Assembly: GCA_965648915.1 (NCBI GenBank) | Contig: CBFGIV010000014.1 | Span: forward strand, 1 to 49,868 | DNA length: 49,868 nucleotides | Direction: 5' to 3' | Origin: a candidate division WOR-3 bacterium | GTDB lineage: Bacteria > Hydrothermota > Tepidihabitantia > SM23-42 > CAYGYG01 | Shown here: positions 39,119 to 48,013 of the stretch, piece after piece | Numbering within the stretch: position 1 is the stretch's first letter | Layout: every line of letters begins with the position of its first letter | Program-made: the position numbers and the translations under genes | Notes under the pieces: generated by a model | Databases searched by the model: none | Told to the model about the DNA's origin: nothing | Seen by the model: the letters and a program-made list of their open reading frames with translations, nothing else

Positions 39119-39128
39119 ACCAAAAGAG

Positions 39129-40214
39129 TCAGGTCAGAAGGTGGACATTCCCGATATTTACTTCTCGGAGACGGTATTTTTGCGCAATCTTCAGGCCGTG
39201 CTCAGCCTGAGTCTTTGGGGTACAGGGCAGGTCGGTCATTAAGAACTGCGGATGAAAGGCAAGTAAAGACCAGGGGATTGCCGGGTCGATCCCGGCAATA
39301 AACCGGGCAATATTTTCAATCTCATAATCATCGATATAACCCGGCACCAGTAAAGTGCTGATGACTAATAAAGGCGGTTCGGTTCGCCTTGATCCAAGAT
39401 CAGCCAGTAATCTTATATTCTCTTTCGTATTCCAGTTTGATGACCCACAGAGAGCATAATGGACCGGTTCAGAAAATGCTTTAAAATCGATTTTGATACA
39501 GCCACCGCTCTCCAGTGCAAGATTTGCCCATTTCCTCATCAGTTCCGGATTGAGCGAACCATTGGTCTCCCAGCAGACCCGGAAGATTTTCTTCTTCTGT
39601 TCTAAAATCTTTCTTCCTACTTCAAGACTGTGCAGGGCAAATGGTGCCGGGTCGCCGCCAAAATAGCAGATACAACTGGTCAGGGGATCAACCGCCCGAA
39701 CTAGATCATCCGTCTTGGTTCGGTTTCGCCGCTTCTTGAATGTCCAGTTCTGACAGAAGAGACAATCGAATGTGCATCCTTCATAAAAAACAGCAAGATT
39801 TTTGTAACCATATTCAGGATGAGGAAAATGAGAAAAAGCGGGAAAGCCCCTGGTTGAACACCCAGGGCAGATCCAGCCGGCAACACAGTTGGTCGGTAAA
39901 GGGTCAAAATAATAGTCAAGAAAAGTCCAGTCTTGATCGGGTAAAACTATTCTCCCCCCTCTATTTTCTCTTATCCCGCAGAATCCTTTTTCACCTTCAC
40001 CAATAAGGCACTTATTTACGCAACCGGAACACCTTATCCCGCCCTTTGTCTCGGGCACAGTTGTAATCAGGCCAAATTCAGCCCGGGAAGCTCGGTGAAC
40101 TTCAATAATCTTCTGCCTTACAACCTCAAACTGCTCTCGGATACATTCAGAACAATAGGGAAGTATCCGGGAAATAAATTTAGCACCCCGACCACAAAGT
40201 TGACATGAGATCAT
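39129..40214 (-). CDS. Radical SAM protein, PFL-activase-like
   Basis: GCTFDCLFCQNW, YFGGDP, WETNG, KIDFK, AFHP, and extra N-terminal Cys clusters. Confidence 0.85.
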   Translation of the reverse strand: MISCQLCGRGAKFISRILPYCSECIREQFEVVRQKIIEVHRASRAEFGLITTVPETKGGIRCSGCVNKCLIGEGEKGFCGIRENRGGRIVLPDQDWTFLDYYFDPLPTNCVAGWICPGCSTRGFPAFSHFPHPEYGYKNLAVFYEGCTFDCLFCQNWTFKKRRNRTKTDDLVRAVDPLTSCICYFGGDPAPFALHSLEVGRKILEQKKKIFRVCWETNGSLNPELMRKWANLALESGGCIKIDFKAFSEPVHYALCGSSNWNTKENIRLLADLGSRRTEPPLLVISTLLVPGYIDDYEIENIARFIAGIDPAIPWSLLAFHPQFLMTDLPCTPKTQAEHGLKIAQKYRLREVNIGNVHLLT

Positions 40215-41053
40215 TCATCACTCAATTTTCGTAACTCTAAGAGTAATTCACTGGCTTTTTCGTATATACCTACCGGAATCAAATAGAACCCATCCACAAC
40301 ATCCTTAACCATACGGGCGGTATTTACCAGTAAGGCAGTTTCGTCTTTTTCCAATTGTCCGATGTAATCATACGGGATACCAAGAAATTTCTGTAGTTTT
40401 ATCGCTGTCTTCTTATTATGGAGATACGATATCCCGGCGATAATCTTTGCCTCCGGGATTAAACTTTTGAGTGATTTAACCGCGGCTGTGAATCTTTCAA
40501 TATTAAAAACGGGCTGGGTGAAGAAAACCCGGGCACCACTATTAAACTTTTCTACCGCCTTACGATTTTCTGCATCGATATTTACTACATTGGGATTATA
40601 ATCGGTGCAGAGGAGAAAATTGGTTGGCGTTCTCAACGCTTCCCGTGAACCGGTTAGCCCCTGGTTAAAATTCCGGGCGATCTTTAAAAGCCTTATTGAA
40701 TTCAACTCATAAAATCCCCGGCCCTCACCCGGTCGATCGCCGGTTACACACAGAATATTCTTTATACCTAAAAATTGAGCCCCCAATAATTCACTCTGAA
40801 AACTCAATACTGTATGATGGCGCCCGGTAAAATGTGGGATCGACTCAATCTTAAACTCCTTCTGAAGAATATGGGCAAGTGCGACCGAATGCGCACGGAG
40901 TCGACCCAGAGGGCAAGAAGGAATGTTTATTCCGTCAAACTGATGCACATTACCAGTAAGTTTATTTAATAAACCTTTGACATCGCTGTCTCGGGGCGGC
41001 AGAACCTCACAGGTATAGACAAAGGTGTTATTCTCTATCTTAACGCGAAACAT
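40211..41053 (-). CDS. metF: Methylenetetrahydrofolate reductase-like protein
   Basis: EVLPP, IPHFTGR, NILCVTGD, GARVFFTQPVF; start at MFRVK, overlapping the end of metH. Confidence 0.75.
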   Translation of the reverse strand: MFRVKIENNTFVYTCEVLPPRDSDVKGLLNKLTGNVHQFDGINIPSCPLGRLRAHSVALAHILQKEFKIESIPHFTGRHHTVLSFQSELLGAQFLGIKNILCVTGDRPGEGRGFYELNSIRLLKIARNFNQGLTGSREALRTPTNFLLCTDYNPNVVNIDAENRKAVEKFNSGARVFFTQPVFNIERFTAAVKSLKSLIPEAKIIAGISYLHNKKTAIKLQKFLGIPYDYIGQLEKDETALLVNTARMVKDVVDGFYLIPVGIYEKASELLLELRKLSDE

Positions 41054-43406
41054 CGGTAATGATACGTCTGACAATCTTAAGGGCACTTATTGCATCTTTA
41101 GCATAGGCCGTGGCCCCGATGTGCCGGGCAAATCTTTCATCCACCGGTGCACCACCAACCAAAACTTTCACCTTTAACTTTTGTCTCTTTAATTCACTAA
41201 TCACATTCGCCATCTCAGGCATCGTTGTTGTCATCAGAGCACTGAGACCCAGGACATCCGGCTTATAGTGCTTAACCGCCTGGATAATCTCTTCCTTCGA
41301 TTTATCCTTGCCGAGATCTATCACCTGATACCCCCCACTCTCAAGCACGGTCTTAACAATATTTTTACCAATATCGTGAATATCACCTTTGACTGTAGCG
41401 AGGAGAACTTTTCCTTTGCCCCTCTGAGCCATAGGTAAATACCTTTTAATCTCATCGATTACCGCCCGGGCGGCCTCACCCGCTGCCAGCAGATGGGGTA
41501 AAAAATATTCACCGCGCTCATACTTTTCACCCACAATCTTTAATGCTTGATTTATATATCTATCGACAATAACTAACGGTGTGATCTTTTGTGCAATCAA
41601 TCCCCGCGTTGCCCGGACCGCCGCTTCCGCATCACCATTCTTTATATAATTGACCAGGGATTCATTTTTGAAGCCGGCCGATCTCTTTTCGATCGATTCG
41701 GTCTTGCCTTTAAGATCAGTTAGGGTCTGGGTCAGGCAATTCTGGTATATCGCTCGGGCGGCGAAGACGGTATTTTTGATAAGATCATCCAGGGGATTGA
41801 TAATGATAAATGTTGCACCGGCCTGGACCGCGGTTGCAGCCAGGGCAGTATTGTAGAAACTCCGCGCCGGCAAGCCGTATGAGATATTGGAAATGCCCGA
41901 AATTGTCATATAGCCGCGCCGCTTCAATTCGCGCACAGTTTCAATCACTACATTACCGGCATCGGGATCAGTGCTGATGCTATAAACCAGCGGGTCAATA
42001 ATTAAATCTTCGCTTTTCAACCCCGATCTCTTTATAACCTTTTCGACTTTCTTTAGATTTCTCATCCGCTCTTTCAAGTCCTTGGGTAATCTCTCTCCAA
42101 CCAGGGAGATTACAACCCGGGCGCCATACTTTTTTATCATCGGTAACCATCTTTTTAACTCTCTAATCCGAGCCGGGACTGAATTCAATACCGGGATTCC
42201 GGGCCAGAATTTTAAAACCTCCTCTGCCGCCTGAAAATTCTGGGTATCGATAAAGATCGGCAAGGATGATTTTTTATAAACCTCAAAGACCGCTTTTCTT
42301 AAAGATCTTTTCTCATCAACGTTGGGATTAAAAGCGTTGACATCGAGCGCATCAGCACCCGCTTCTTCCTGCTCTCGTGCCTCATTCCCAAAGATTTCAA
42401 AATTATCCTTTTCTATTGCTGCACGCAAACTTTTACGACCCGAGGGATTGAGCCTTTCGCCAACGATCAGGGTCGGGGCCGAAGTCGAGAGATTAATAAC
42501 CTCTCTTGAGGAAGAGATAAACACCCCAGGATCCTTTACTATCTTTGACACTCTTCGCTGGCGCCGGCTGATAAGTCTGATATACTCTGGTGTTGAACCA
42601 CAACAACCTCCAACCATTGTTGCACCCGCATCAATAAATTGATCAAAATAGTTAGCCAGGGCTGGGCTGTTCAGCGTATAGACCGTCTTCTTTTGACGAA
42701 TCCTGGGCAGACCGGCGTTCGGTTTTGCAACTAAAGGGAGATTGGTTACACTTCTCATCCTTCTTACAATTTCAACGGCAGTCGCGGGTTCGGTACAATT
42801 GACCCCAACCGCTACCGCCCCCAGCCTTTGAAAAGTAACTGCCCAGGCTTCAGGGATATCACCGCAACTTGTACGACCATCCTTCTGAAATGCACCGGTA
42901 ATCACAATCGGTCGATTGAGCTCCCTTAGGGCAAGAAATGCCGCCCGTGCCTCAACCATCGATGTGAAAGATTCAATCCAGATAAGGTCAGGTAGGTCCT
43001 GAGCAAAGGCATCTCCAATTTTACAAAATATCCGATATGCCTCATCATATGGGAAATCACCTAAGGGTTCAACCAAAACCCCTAATGGGCCTATATCACC
43101 CGCAACATACACCTTACCCCGGGCGGCCCGGCGGGCAATCTCGATACCGGCAAAAATCACTTCTTCAAATTCACCCTTTTTATAATGATTTGGATTCGTT
43201 TCAAAAGTATTGGTCAGGATAATCTCGGCGCCGCTTTCAATATAATCTTCGTGCACCGCTTCAATCACATCAGGATTTTCAATATTTAAACGACCGACCG
43301 GTCCGCTCGGCGTGATCCCTTTACCGATGAGCAATGCCCCCATACTACCATCAAGGATAACCACCCGACTGCTGCTTAACCTTTTAAGGATATCGATCTT
43401 CATCAT
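41040..43406 (-). CDS. metH: B12-dependent methionine synthase (Hcy-, pterin- and B12-binding domains; no reactivation domain)
   Basis: LDGSMG, GVNC, KPNAGLP, GGCCG, IVGERLNP, GDIHDIGKNIV, SALMTTT. Confidence 0.92.
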   Translation of the reverse strand: MMKIDILKRLSSSRVVILDGSMGALLIGKGITPSGPVGRLNIENPDVIEAVHEDYIESGAEIILTNTFETNPNHYKKGEFEEVIFAGIEIARRAARGKVYVAGDIGPLGVLVEPLGDFPYDEAYRIFCKIGDAFAQDLPDLIWIESFTSMVEARAAFLALRELNRPIVITGAFQKDGRTSCGDIPEAWAVTFQRLGAVAVGVNCTEPATAVEIVRRMRSVTNLPLVAKPNAGLPRIRQKKTVYTLNSPALANYFDQFIDAGATMVGGCCGSTPEYIRLISRRQRRVSKIVKDPGVFISSSREVINLSTSAPTLIVGERLNPSGRKSLRAAIEKDNFEIFGNEAREQEEAGADALDVNAFNPNVDEKRSLRKAVFEVYKKSSLPIFIDTQNFQAAEEVLKFWPGIPVLNSVPARIRELKRWLPMIKKYGARVVISLVGERLPKDLKERMRNLKKVEKVIKRSGLKSEDLIIDPLVYSISTDPDAGNVVIETVRELKRRGYMTISGISNISYGLPARSFYNTALAATAVQAGATFIIINPLDDLIKNTVFAARAIYQNCLTQTLTDLKGKTESIEKRSAGFKNESLVNYIKNGDAEAAVRATRGLIAQKITPLVIVDRYINQALKIVGEKYERGEYFLPHLLAAGEAARAVIDEIKRYLPMAQRGKGKVLLATVKGDIHDIGKNIVKTVLESGGYQVIDLGKDKSKEEIIQAVKHYKPDVLGLSALMTTTMPEMANVISELKRQKLKVKVLVGGAPVDERFARHIGATAYAKDAISALKIVRRIITDVSR

Positions 43407-43526
43407 CATCAATTCTATTCATAAATCTCATCGTGTCAATCTTGATAAAAACATCGCCCCCGGTTACTATCAAACAATTAAAAATGCAATCTTGACCCTC
43501 CCCCCTATCTGACTATAATATTCATT

Positions 43527-44174
43527 ATGCCCCGTTATCATCTTTTAATAACACTGACTATTATTGCGTGTACCGGTCTAAAGACAGTTATCCTTGAAGA
43601 CCGATATTTTCTGGAGACAAAATATGATCTCCGTCTGCTACCCGGAACTGAACTTGAATTCACCGGTTTCTATCAATTCGATGACGATTCAATCGGGCGT
43701 ATCTACTTATACGAACTAACTGACAGAAAAATTGAACTGAGAGCAAAGATCCCTTTGCGTCAGAAATTTTCTGAATTAAACCAAAAATGGGTTAAGGTCT
43801 ATGGGTTCTACAGTGGCAATGCGATCGATGTAAAATCCTGGACAATCATCAAACCTACCATATTTGAAATTAAAAGGATCACTCAAACCTCGTCCAAAAA
43901 TGCCGAAGACTTCTATAGACGGGCAAAAGAGATCAGCGAACTGCCCGATGGTTATCCTCTAAACATCGGTCTTTTCAAAAATGCCCATCCGTTTTTAAAG
44001 TATATTGACCTCCATAACCGATACCTGATTTATCAAATCAAAGGCCCGGTCCACCCTCCCGAGAGCGTTGCTTCAGTCCTCCACGAATATATCAGTCTCT
44101 ACCTGGTATACGAACGGAAGATGGCTAAGGTCAATAGAGCGGTTATCCTGAAAGAAGGCTGGAGTGAAGAGTAG
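43527..44174 (+). CDS. Hypothetical exported or lipoprotein
   Basis: Hydrophobic N-terminus ending IIAC; TTGACC-N16-TATAAT promoter ending 7 nt before the ATG. Confidence 0.6.
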   Translation: MPRYHLLITLTIIACTGLKTVILEDRYFLETKYDLRLLPGTELEFTGFYQFDDDSIGRIYLYELTDRKIELRAKIPLRQKFSELNQKWVKVYGFYSGNAIDVKSWTIIKPTIFEIKRITQTSSKNAEDFYRRAKEISELPDGYPLNIGLFKNAHPFLKYIDLHNRYLIYQIKGPVHPPESVASVLHEYISLYLVYERKMAKVNRAVILKEGWSEE

Positions 44175-44285
44175 TTAAAGCCTTCTGAAAATAACAGGAT
44201 ATGCTGATTGACAGATATTAAAATCTGGATAATATTAGTATAATTACACCTTATCAATTTTGCTCTTTTGAAACCTGATCTGTTC

Positions 44286-44378
44286 CTCATCCAGAGAGGT
44301 CGAGGGAACGGGCCCGATGACACCTCGGCAACCCGCCCCGGGCGGGTGCCAATTCCCGCCCGAAAAGGGGAAGATGAG
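44286..44378 (+). ncRNA. SAM-I (S-box) riboswitch
   Basis: CTCATCCAGAG..GAGGGA..GGCCC.ATGA..CC.CGGCAACC...GGTGCCAATTCC...GATGAG; P1 is CTCATC/GATGAG. Confidence 0.95.
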
Positions 44379-44385
44379 CATCTTT

Positions 44386-44412
44386 AACCTTCCCGCTTCG
44401 GGAAGGTTTTTC
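44386..44412 (+). terminator. Riboswitch expression-platform terminator
   Basis: AACCTTCCCG-CTT-CGGGAAGGTT followed by a T-run, just before the RBS. Confidence 0.85.
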
Positions 44413-44429
44413 ATTAATAAGGAGGTTTT

Positions 44430-44846
44430 ATGAGTATCTCTAAAAAGATTGTGCTCCACTTTCCACCGGATCTTACAGAAAAACCGATTACCTATCAACT
44501 TGTCAAAAGGTTTGATATTATGTTTAATATCCTTAAAGCACGGGTAGCGCCTGAAGACAACGAAGGGTTGCTCCTTTTGGAACTAACCGGATCAAGACAG
44601 AATCTAGAGAAGGGGATAAGTTACCTTAAAAACCTCGGTGTCAGGACTGAATTTTTAAGTCAGGATGTCATCCACTTAAAAGAAAAGTGTATCCATTGTG
44701 GTCTCTGCTCCATAGCCTGCCCGGTCAATGCTTTTTCAATCGAACCAATTAAGATGACGGTCAATTTTGAATCATCAAAATGTATCGGCTGTGAGGAATG
44801 TATCAAAATCTGCCCCTACCGTGCAGTCAAAATCTATTTTGGTTAA
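44430..44846 (+). CDS. NIL domain plus 2x[4Fe-4S] ferredoxin (MA1822-like)
   Basis: KKIVLHFP..PITYQLVK.FD..FNILKA (NIL domain); CIHCGLCSIACP and CIGCEECIKICP. Confidence 0.88.
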   Translation: MSISKKIVLHFPPDLTEKPITYQLVKRFDIMFNILKARVAPEDNEGLLLLELTGSRQNLEKGISYLKNLGVRTEFLSQDVIHLKEKCIHCGLCSIACPVNAFSIEPIKMTVNFESSKCIGCEECIKICPYRAVKIYFG

Positions 44847-44859
44847 AACCCCATTAATT

Positions 44860-45600
44860 GTGAAGTCGAAAAAATTCCAACCGCGTTTCTATCGTTCCAT
44901 CTGCCAGCACGGGGAACTGGTCAACTTCGATGTTGTGATAAAGGAGACCGATCTATTAATACGTGCCAACAGTGATTTGAGCGCGCAGGCAACCGCATCT
45001 CTCAGAAAGTATCGCAACGATATCGAAAAATATATATTGATCGATCAAAATTTCTTAACCTCCCTCACTCCGGTCCAGGTTTCTCAATCTGCACCGGAAA
45101 TCGTTCAGGCCATGGCCAATGCCTCTTCACTCTTCGGTGTCGGCCCGATGGCGGCCGTGGCCGGAGCGATTGCGGAAAGAGTTGCGCGTCACCTTGTAAA
45201 ATTTTCTGAAGAGGTCATAATTGAGAACGGTGGTGACATATTTGTCATCAATAAAAATCATATCACCTGTGCAATCTTTGCCGGTGACTCACCCCTTTCA
45301 ATGAAATTGGGAATCGAAGTATCACCCCATCCCGAAGGTATCAGTATCTGTACCTCTTCAGGCACTGTCGGCCATTCGCTCAGTTTTGGTCGAGCAGATG
45401 CAGTTGTAATTATTTCACCAGATGGTGGAATCGCTGACGCTGCTGCCACCGCCATCGGTAACATCGTAAAGAATGAAGACGACATTATGCTGGCGCTTGA
45501 CTATGCAAAAAAGTTTAACCAGATTACCGGGGTGATAATCGTCATAAAGGATAAGATCGGAATTCTCGGTAAATCGATTCAACTGGTTAAATTAGAATAA
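44860..45600 (+). CDS. UPF0280 / ApbE-like protein (MA1715-like)
   Basis: ETDL, VGPMAAVAGAIA, IENGGDI, CTSSGTVGHSLSFGRADA, ADAAATAIGN. Confidence 0.88.
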   Translation: MKSKKFQPRFYRSICQHGELVNFDVVIKETDLLIRANSDLSAQATASLRKYRNDIEKYILIDQNFLTSLTPVQVSQSAPEIVQAMANASSLFGVGPMAAVAGAIAERVARHLVKFSEEVIIENGGDIFVINKNHITCAIFAGDSPLSMKLGIEVSPHPEGISICTSSGTVGHSLSFGRADAVVIISPDGGIADAAATAIGNIVKNEDDIMLALDYAKKFNQITGVIIVIKDKIGILGKSIQLVKLE

Positions 45601-45698
45601 AACATCCAATATTAAAACACCTCCGGCCTTTCATCCGGTCGGTTCATTTATTCTTGATTTTTGTGCTATTTGCAGTATAATTGGGCAACCGGATAAAT

Positions 45699-46844
45699 AT
45701 GAAAATAAGAACCATAACGACCGGCATCAATCTTGCTTATCCCATCGATTTTCAAAAACTACAGAGGTTTGCAAAATTCAGTCGGCGGGCAAAAGCAATC
45801 TTTGAAGACACGGGTTATGAAGTCCAGACAATCCGGATCTCAACCCAGCCCTGGCCTGAATATCTTGGCAAACTTTCTAAGAAGAAGATCATCACAATGG
45901 TTAAACTTATCGAAAGTTTCTGTAAAGATAATGGGGTTGATTTTTTAAATATCGGCACAATCTCTTCGATCCCGCATCTCAATCTCGTCCCGGAGATAAT
46001 TGCCGATACCTCACTCATCTCGTGTTCAGCAACAATTGCCACTATGAAGAAAGGCATAAATTTTGAGATTATTCCCGGGACCGCAATGGTGGTATTAAAG
46101 ATTTCGAAGACGACCCCTGCAGGCACAGGTAATTTCCGTTTTGCAGCAATTGCCAATTGCCCACCCAATATCCCATTCTTCCCTGCCAGTTATCACTGCG
46201 GACCATCGGTTTTTACAATCGGCCTCGAAGCGGGCGATTTGCTGATGAAAACATTCAGTCATACCCGAAATCTATTCTCTGCCAGCAGAAAGTTAAAAAG
46301 GGTTCTTACACATCATTACCGGCGGATTGAAGAAATTGGGAAAAAAATTGAGCGGTATGAAAAAATTCATTTCAAGGGCATCGATCTCTCACCTGCACCA
46401 TCATTAAAGAAATCAGAAAGTATTGCCCTGGCATTTGAGAAGATCGGGTTCGGAAAATTTGGCACACCGGGAACACTTACCATTGCTGCGTTAATCACAG
46501 GGGTCCTGAGATCAATAAAAGTAAAAAATTGTGGATATTCTGGTCTGATGTTACCGGTCCTTGAAGATTACGGTCTTGCTCGAAGAGTTAGTGATGGGAA
46601 AATAAGTATCGACAATCTTCTCCTTTACTCGGCAATCTGCGGGACCGGACTTGACTGTCTGCCCCTGCCGGGTAATATATCTGTAAAAAGACTGACCGGG
46701 ATCTTATTCGATGTCGCCAGCATGGCGATAAGACTTAATAAACCCCTCTCGGCTCGGCTCTTTGTTGTTCCCGGCAAGAAGGCCGGTCAGATTACTAATT
46801 TCCGTTTTCCCTATCTGATCGACAGCCGAATTATGTATGGATAA
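45699..46844 (+). CDS. DUF711 (UPF0210-like) family protein
   Basis: MKIRTIT, VQTIRI, NFRFAA, PFFPASYH, GIDLSPAP, GYSGLMLPVLED, CGTGLD. Confidence 0.8.
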   Translation: MKIRTITTGINLAYPIDFQKLQRFAKFSRRAKAIFEDTGYEVQTIRISTQPWPEYLGKLSKKKIITMVKLIESFCKDNGVDFLNIGTISSIPHLNLVPEIIADTSLISCSATIATMKKGINFEIIPGTAMVVLKISKTTPAGTGNFRFAAIANCPPNIPFFPASYHCGPSVFTIGLEAGDLLMKTFSHTRNLFSASRKLKRVLTHHYRRIEEIGKKIERYEKIHFKGIDLSPAPSLKKSESIALAFEKIGFGKFGTPGTLTIAALITGVLRSIKVKNCGYSGLMLPVLEDYGLARRVSDGKISIDNLLLYSAICGTGLDCLPLPGNISVKRLTGILFDVASMAIRLNKPLSARLFVVPGKKAGQITNFRFPYLIDSRIMYG

Positions 46845-48012
46845 TATGAGAAACAGGATAAACTTTAAAGAAGATAAGAATCTTATTATCCACCTCGCGA
46901 TAACCGGCCGGTGTAATGCCCGTTGTCATGGTTGTATTAATAGTGCAATAACCAAATTTTCAAATCGCTCCCGGGATGAGATCAATACCTTTGCCGAGAC
47001 AATTCCCAGACGTGATACAGAAATAATTAAAAAACTCATCCCGCAGAATTCCCGGTGTAAAATTACTGTCTGTTTTTATGGTGGTGAACCATTCCTGGCA
47101 ACAGAAAAGATGTTTGAGGTCTGGGCAAAATTAAAAAAATCAAGATTCTCCCGCTGCTTTCGATTTATGGTATATACCAATGGTGAATTCTTCATCAGTG
47201 CTATCAATCGCTATCCTGAATTTATAAAAGACATCTGGCTCTATTCGATCTCAATCGACGGCGATGAACAACAGCATAACCGTTTCCGGCCCGGAACCAA
47301 CTTAAAAAATATTGTTAGAAACCTTAATGCCCTGCGCCGTGTCTATTCAGGCCGGATTCTAATGTGGTCAACACTGCGTGAAGGTCAATCCTTATTAAAT
47401 TGCTTCAGTGAATTTTTGGAACTTAAAAACAAGGAGTTGGTTAATGACTTCTACTGGCACTGGCCTGAGGTAATAGAACCTTTTAAAGATTTTGTGAAAT
47501 ATCGATCCCGATACGAAGTAGAACTGGAGACTATTATGGATCTTTTTACCGCCCGATTAAGGTCTGGAGAGATTTTATCTTTAATCCACATCAATGAACT
47601 GATCCTCTATCTTTTAACCGGTAAGAAGAGACAGCACACTGCCTGTGCCATAGAATTACTGAAAAACTATGACCTGGTCGGCGGGAAGATTTATTACTGC
47701 GTCGACCTACCTTCTGATTTAGGCAGTATTGAAAAAAACCCCGATTCTAAATCATTAATCAAATATAAAACGCATCTCGGCTGTTACCGGTGCTCTATTC
47801 ACTTTTATTGTGGTGGTCGATGTCCGGTTCAGGGACTACTGGGTTCACCTTTAAGAAATCGGCAGTATTGTAAACTTATGCATAGCCATGTGAGAATCGT
47901 GAAGGATCGCTTACCCGAGATTGTCAAATATCTCAAGAAGAATCGTATCACCCTCCAAAAAATTTATGACCAATCGGCATTCCTGACAAGATATACCGAT
48001 GTTATACCCTAA
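46837..48012 (+). CDS. Radical SAM protein with C-terminal SPASM/twitch-like Cys cluster
   Basis: CNARCHGC, FYGGEP, SISIDG, CYRC...CGGRC, YC. Confidence 0.85.
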   Translation: MDNMRNRINFKEDKNLIIHLAITGRCNARCHGCINSAITKFSNRSRDEINTFAETIPRRDTEIIKKLIPQNSRCKITVCFYGGEPFLATEKMFEVWAKLKKSRFSRCFRFMVYTNGEFFISAINRYPEFIKDIWLYSISIDGDEQQHNRFRPGTNLKNIVRNLNALRRVYSGRILMWSTLREGQSLLNCFSEFLELKNKELVNDFYWHWPEVIEPFKDFVKYRSRYEVELETIMDLFTARLRSGEILSLIHINELILYLLTGKKRQHTACAIELLKNYDLVGGKIYYCVDLPSDLGSIEKNPDSKSLIKYKTHLGCYRCSIHFYCGGRCPVQGLLGSPLRNRQYCKLMHSHVRIVKDRLPEIVKYLKKNRITLQKIYDQSAFLTRYTDVIP

Positions 48013-48013
48013 T

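Noticed and set aside
44244..44498. 84-aa minus-strand ORF
   Set aside because: It is antisense to the SAM-I riboswitch and its terminator.
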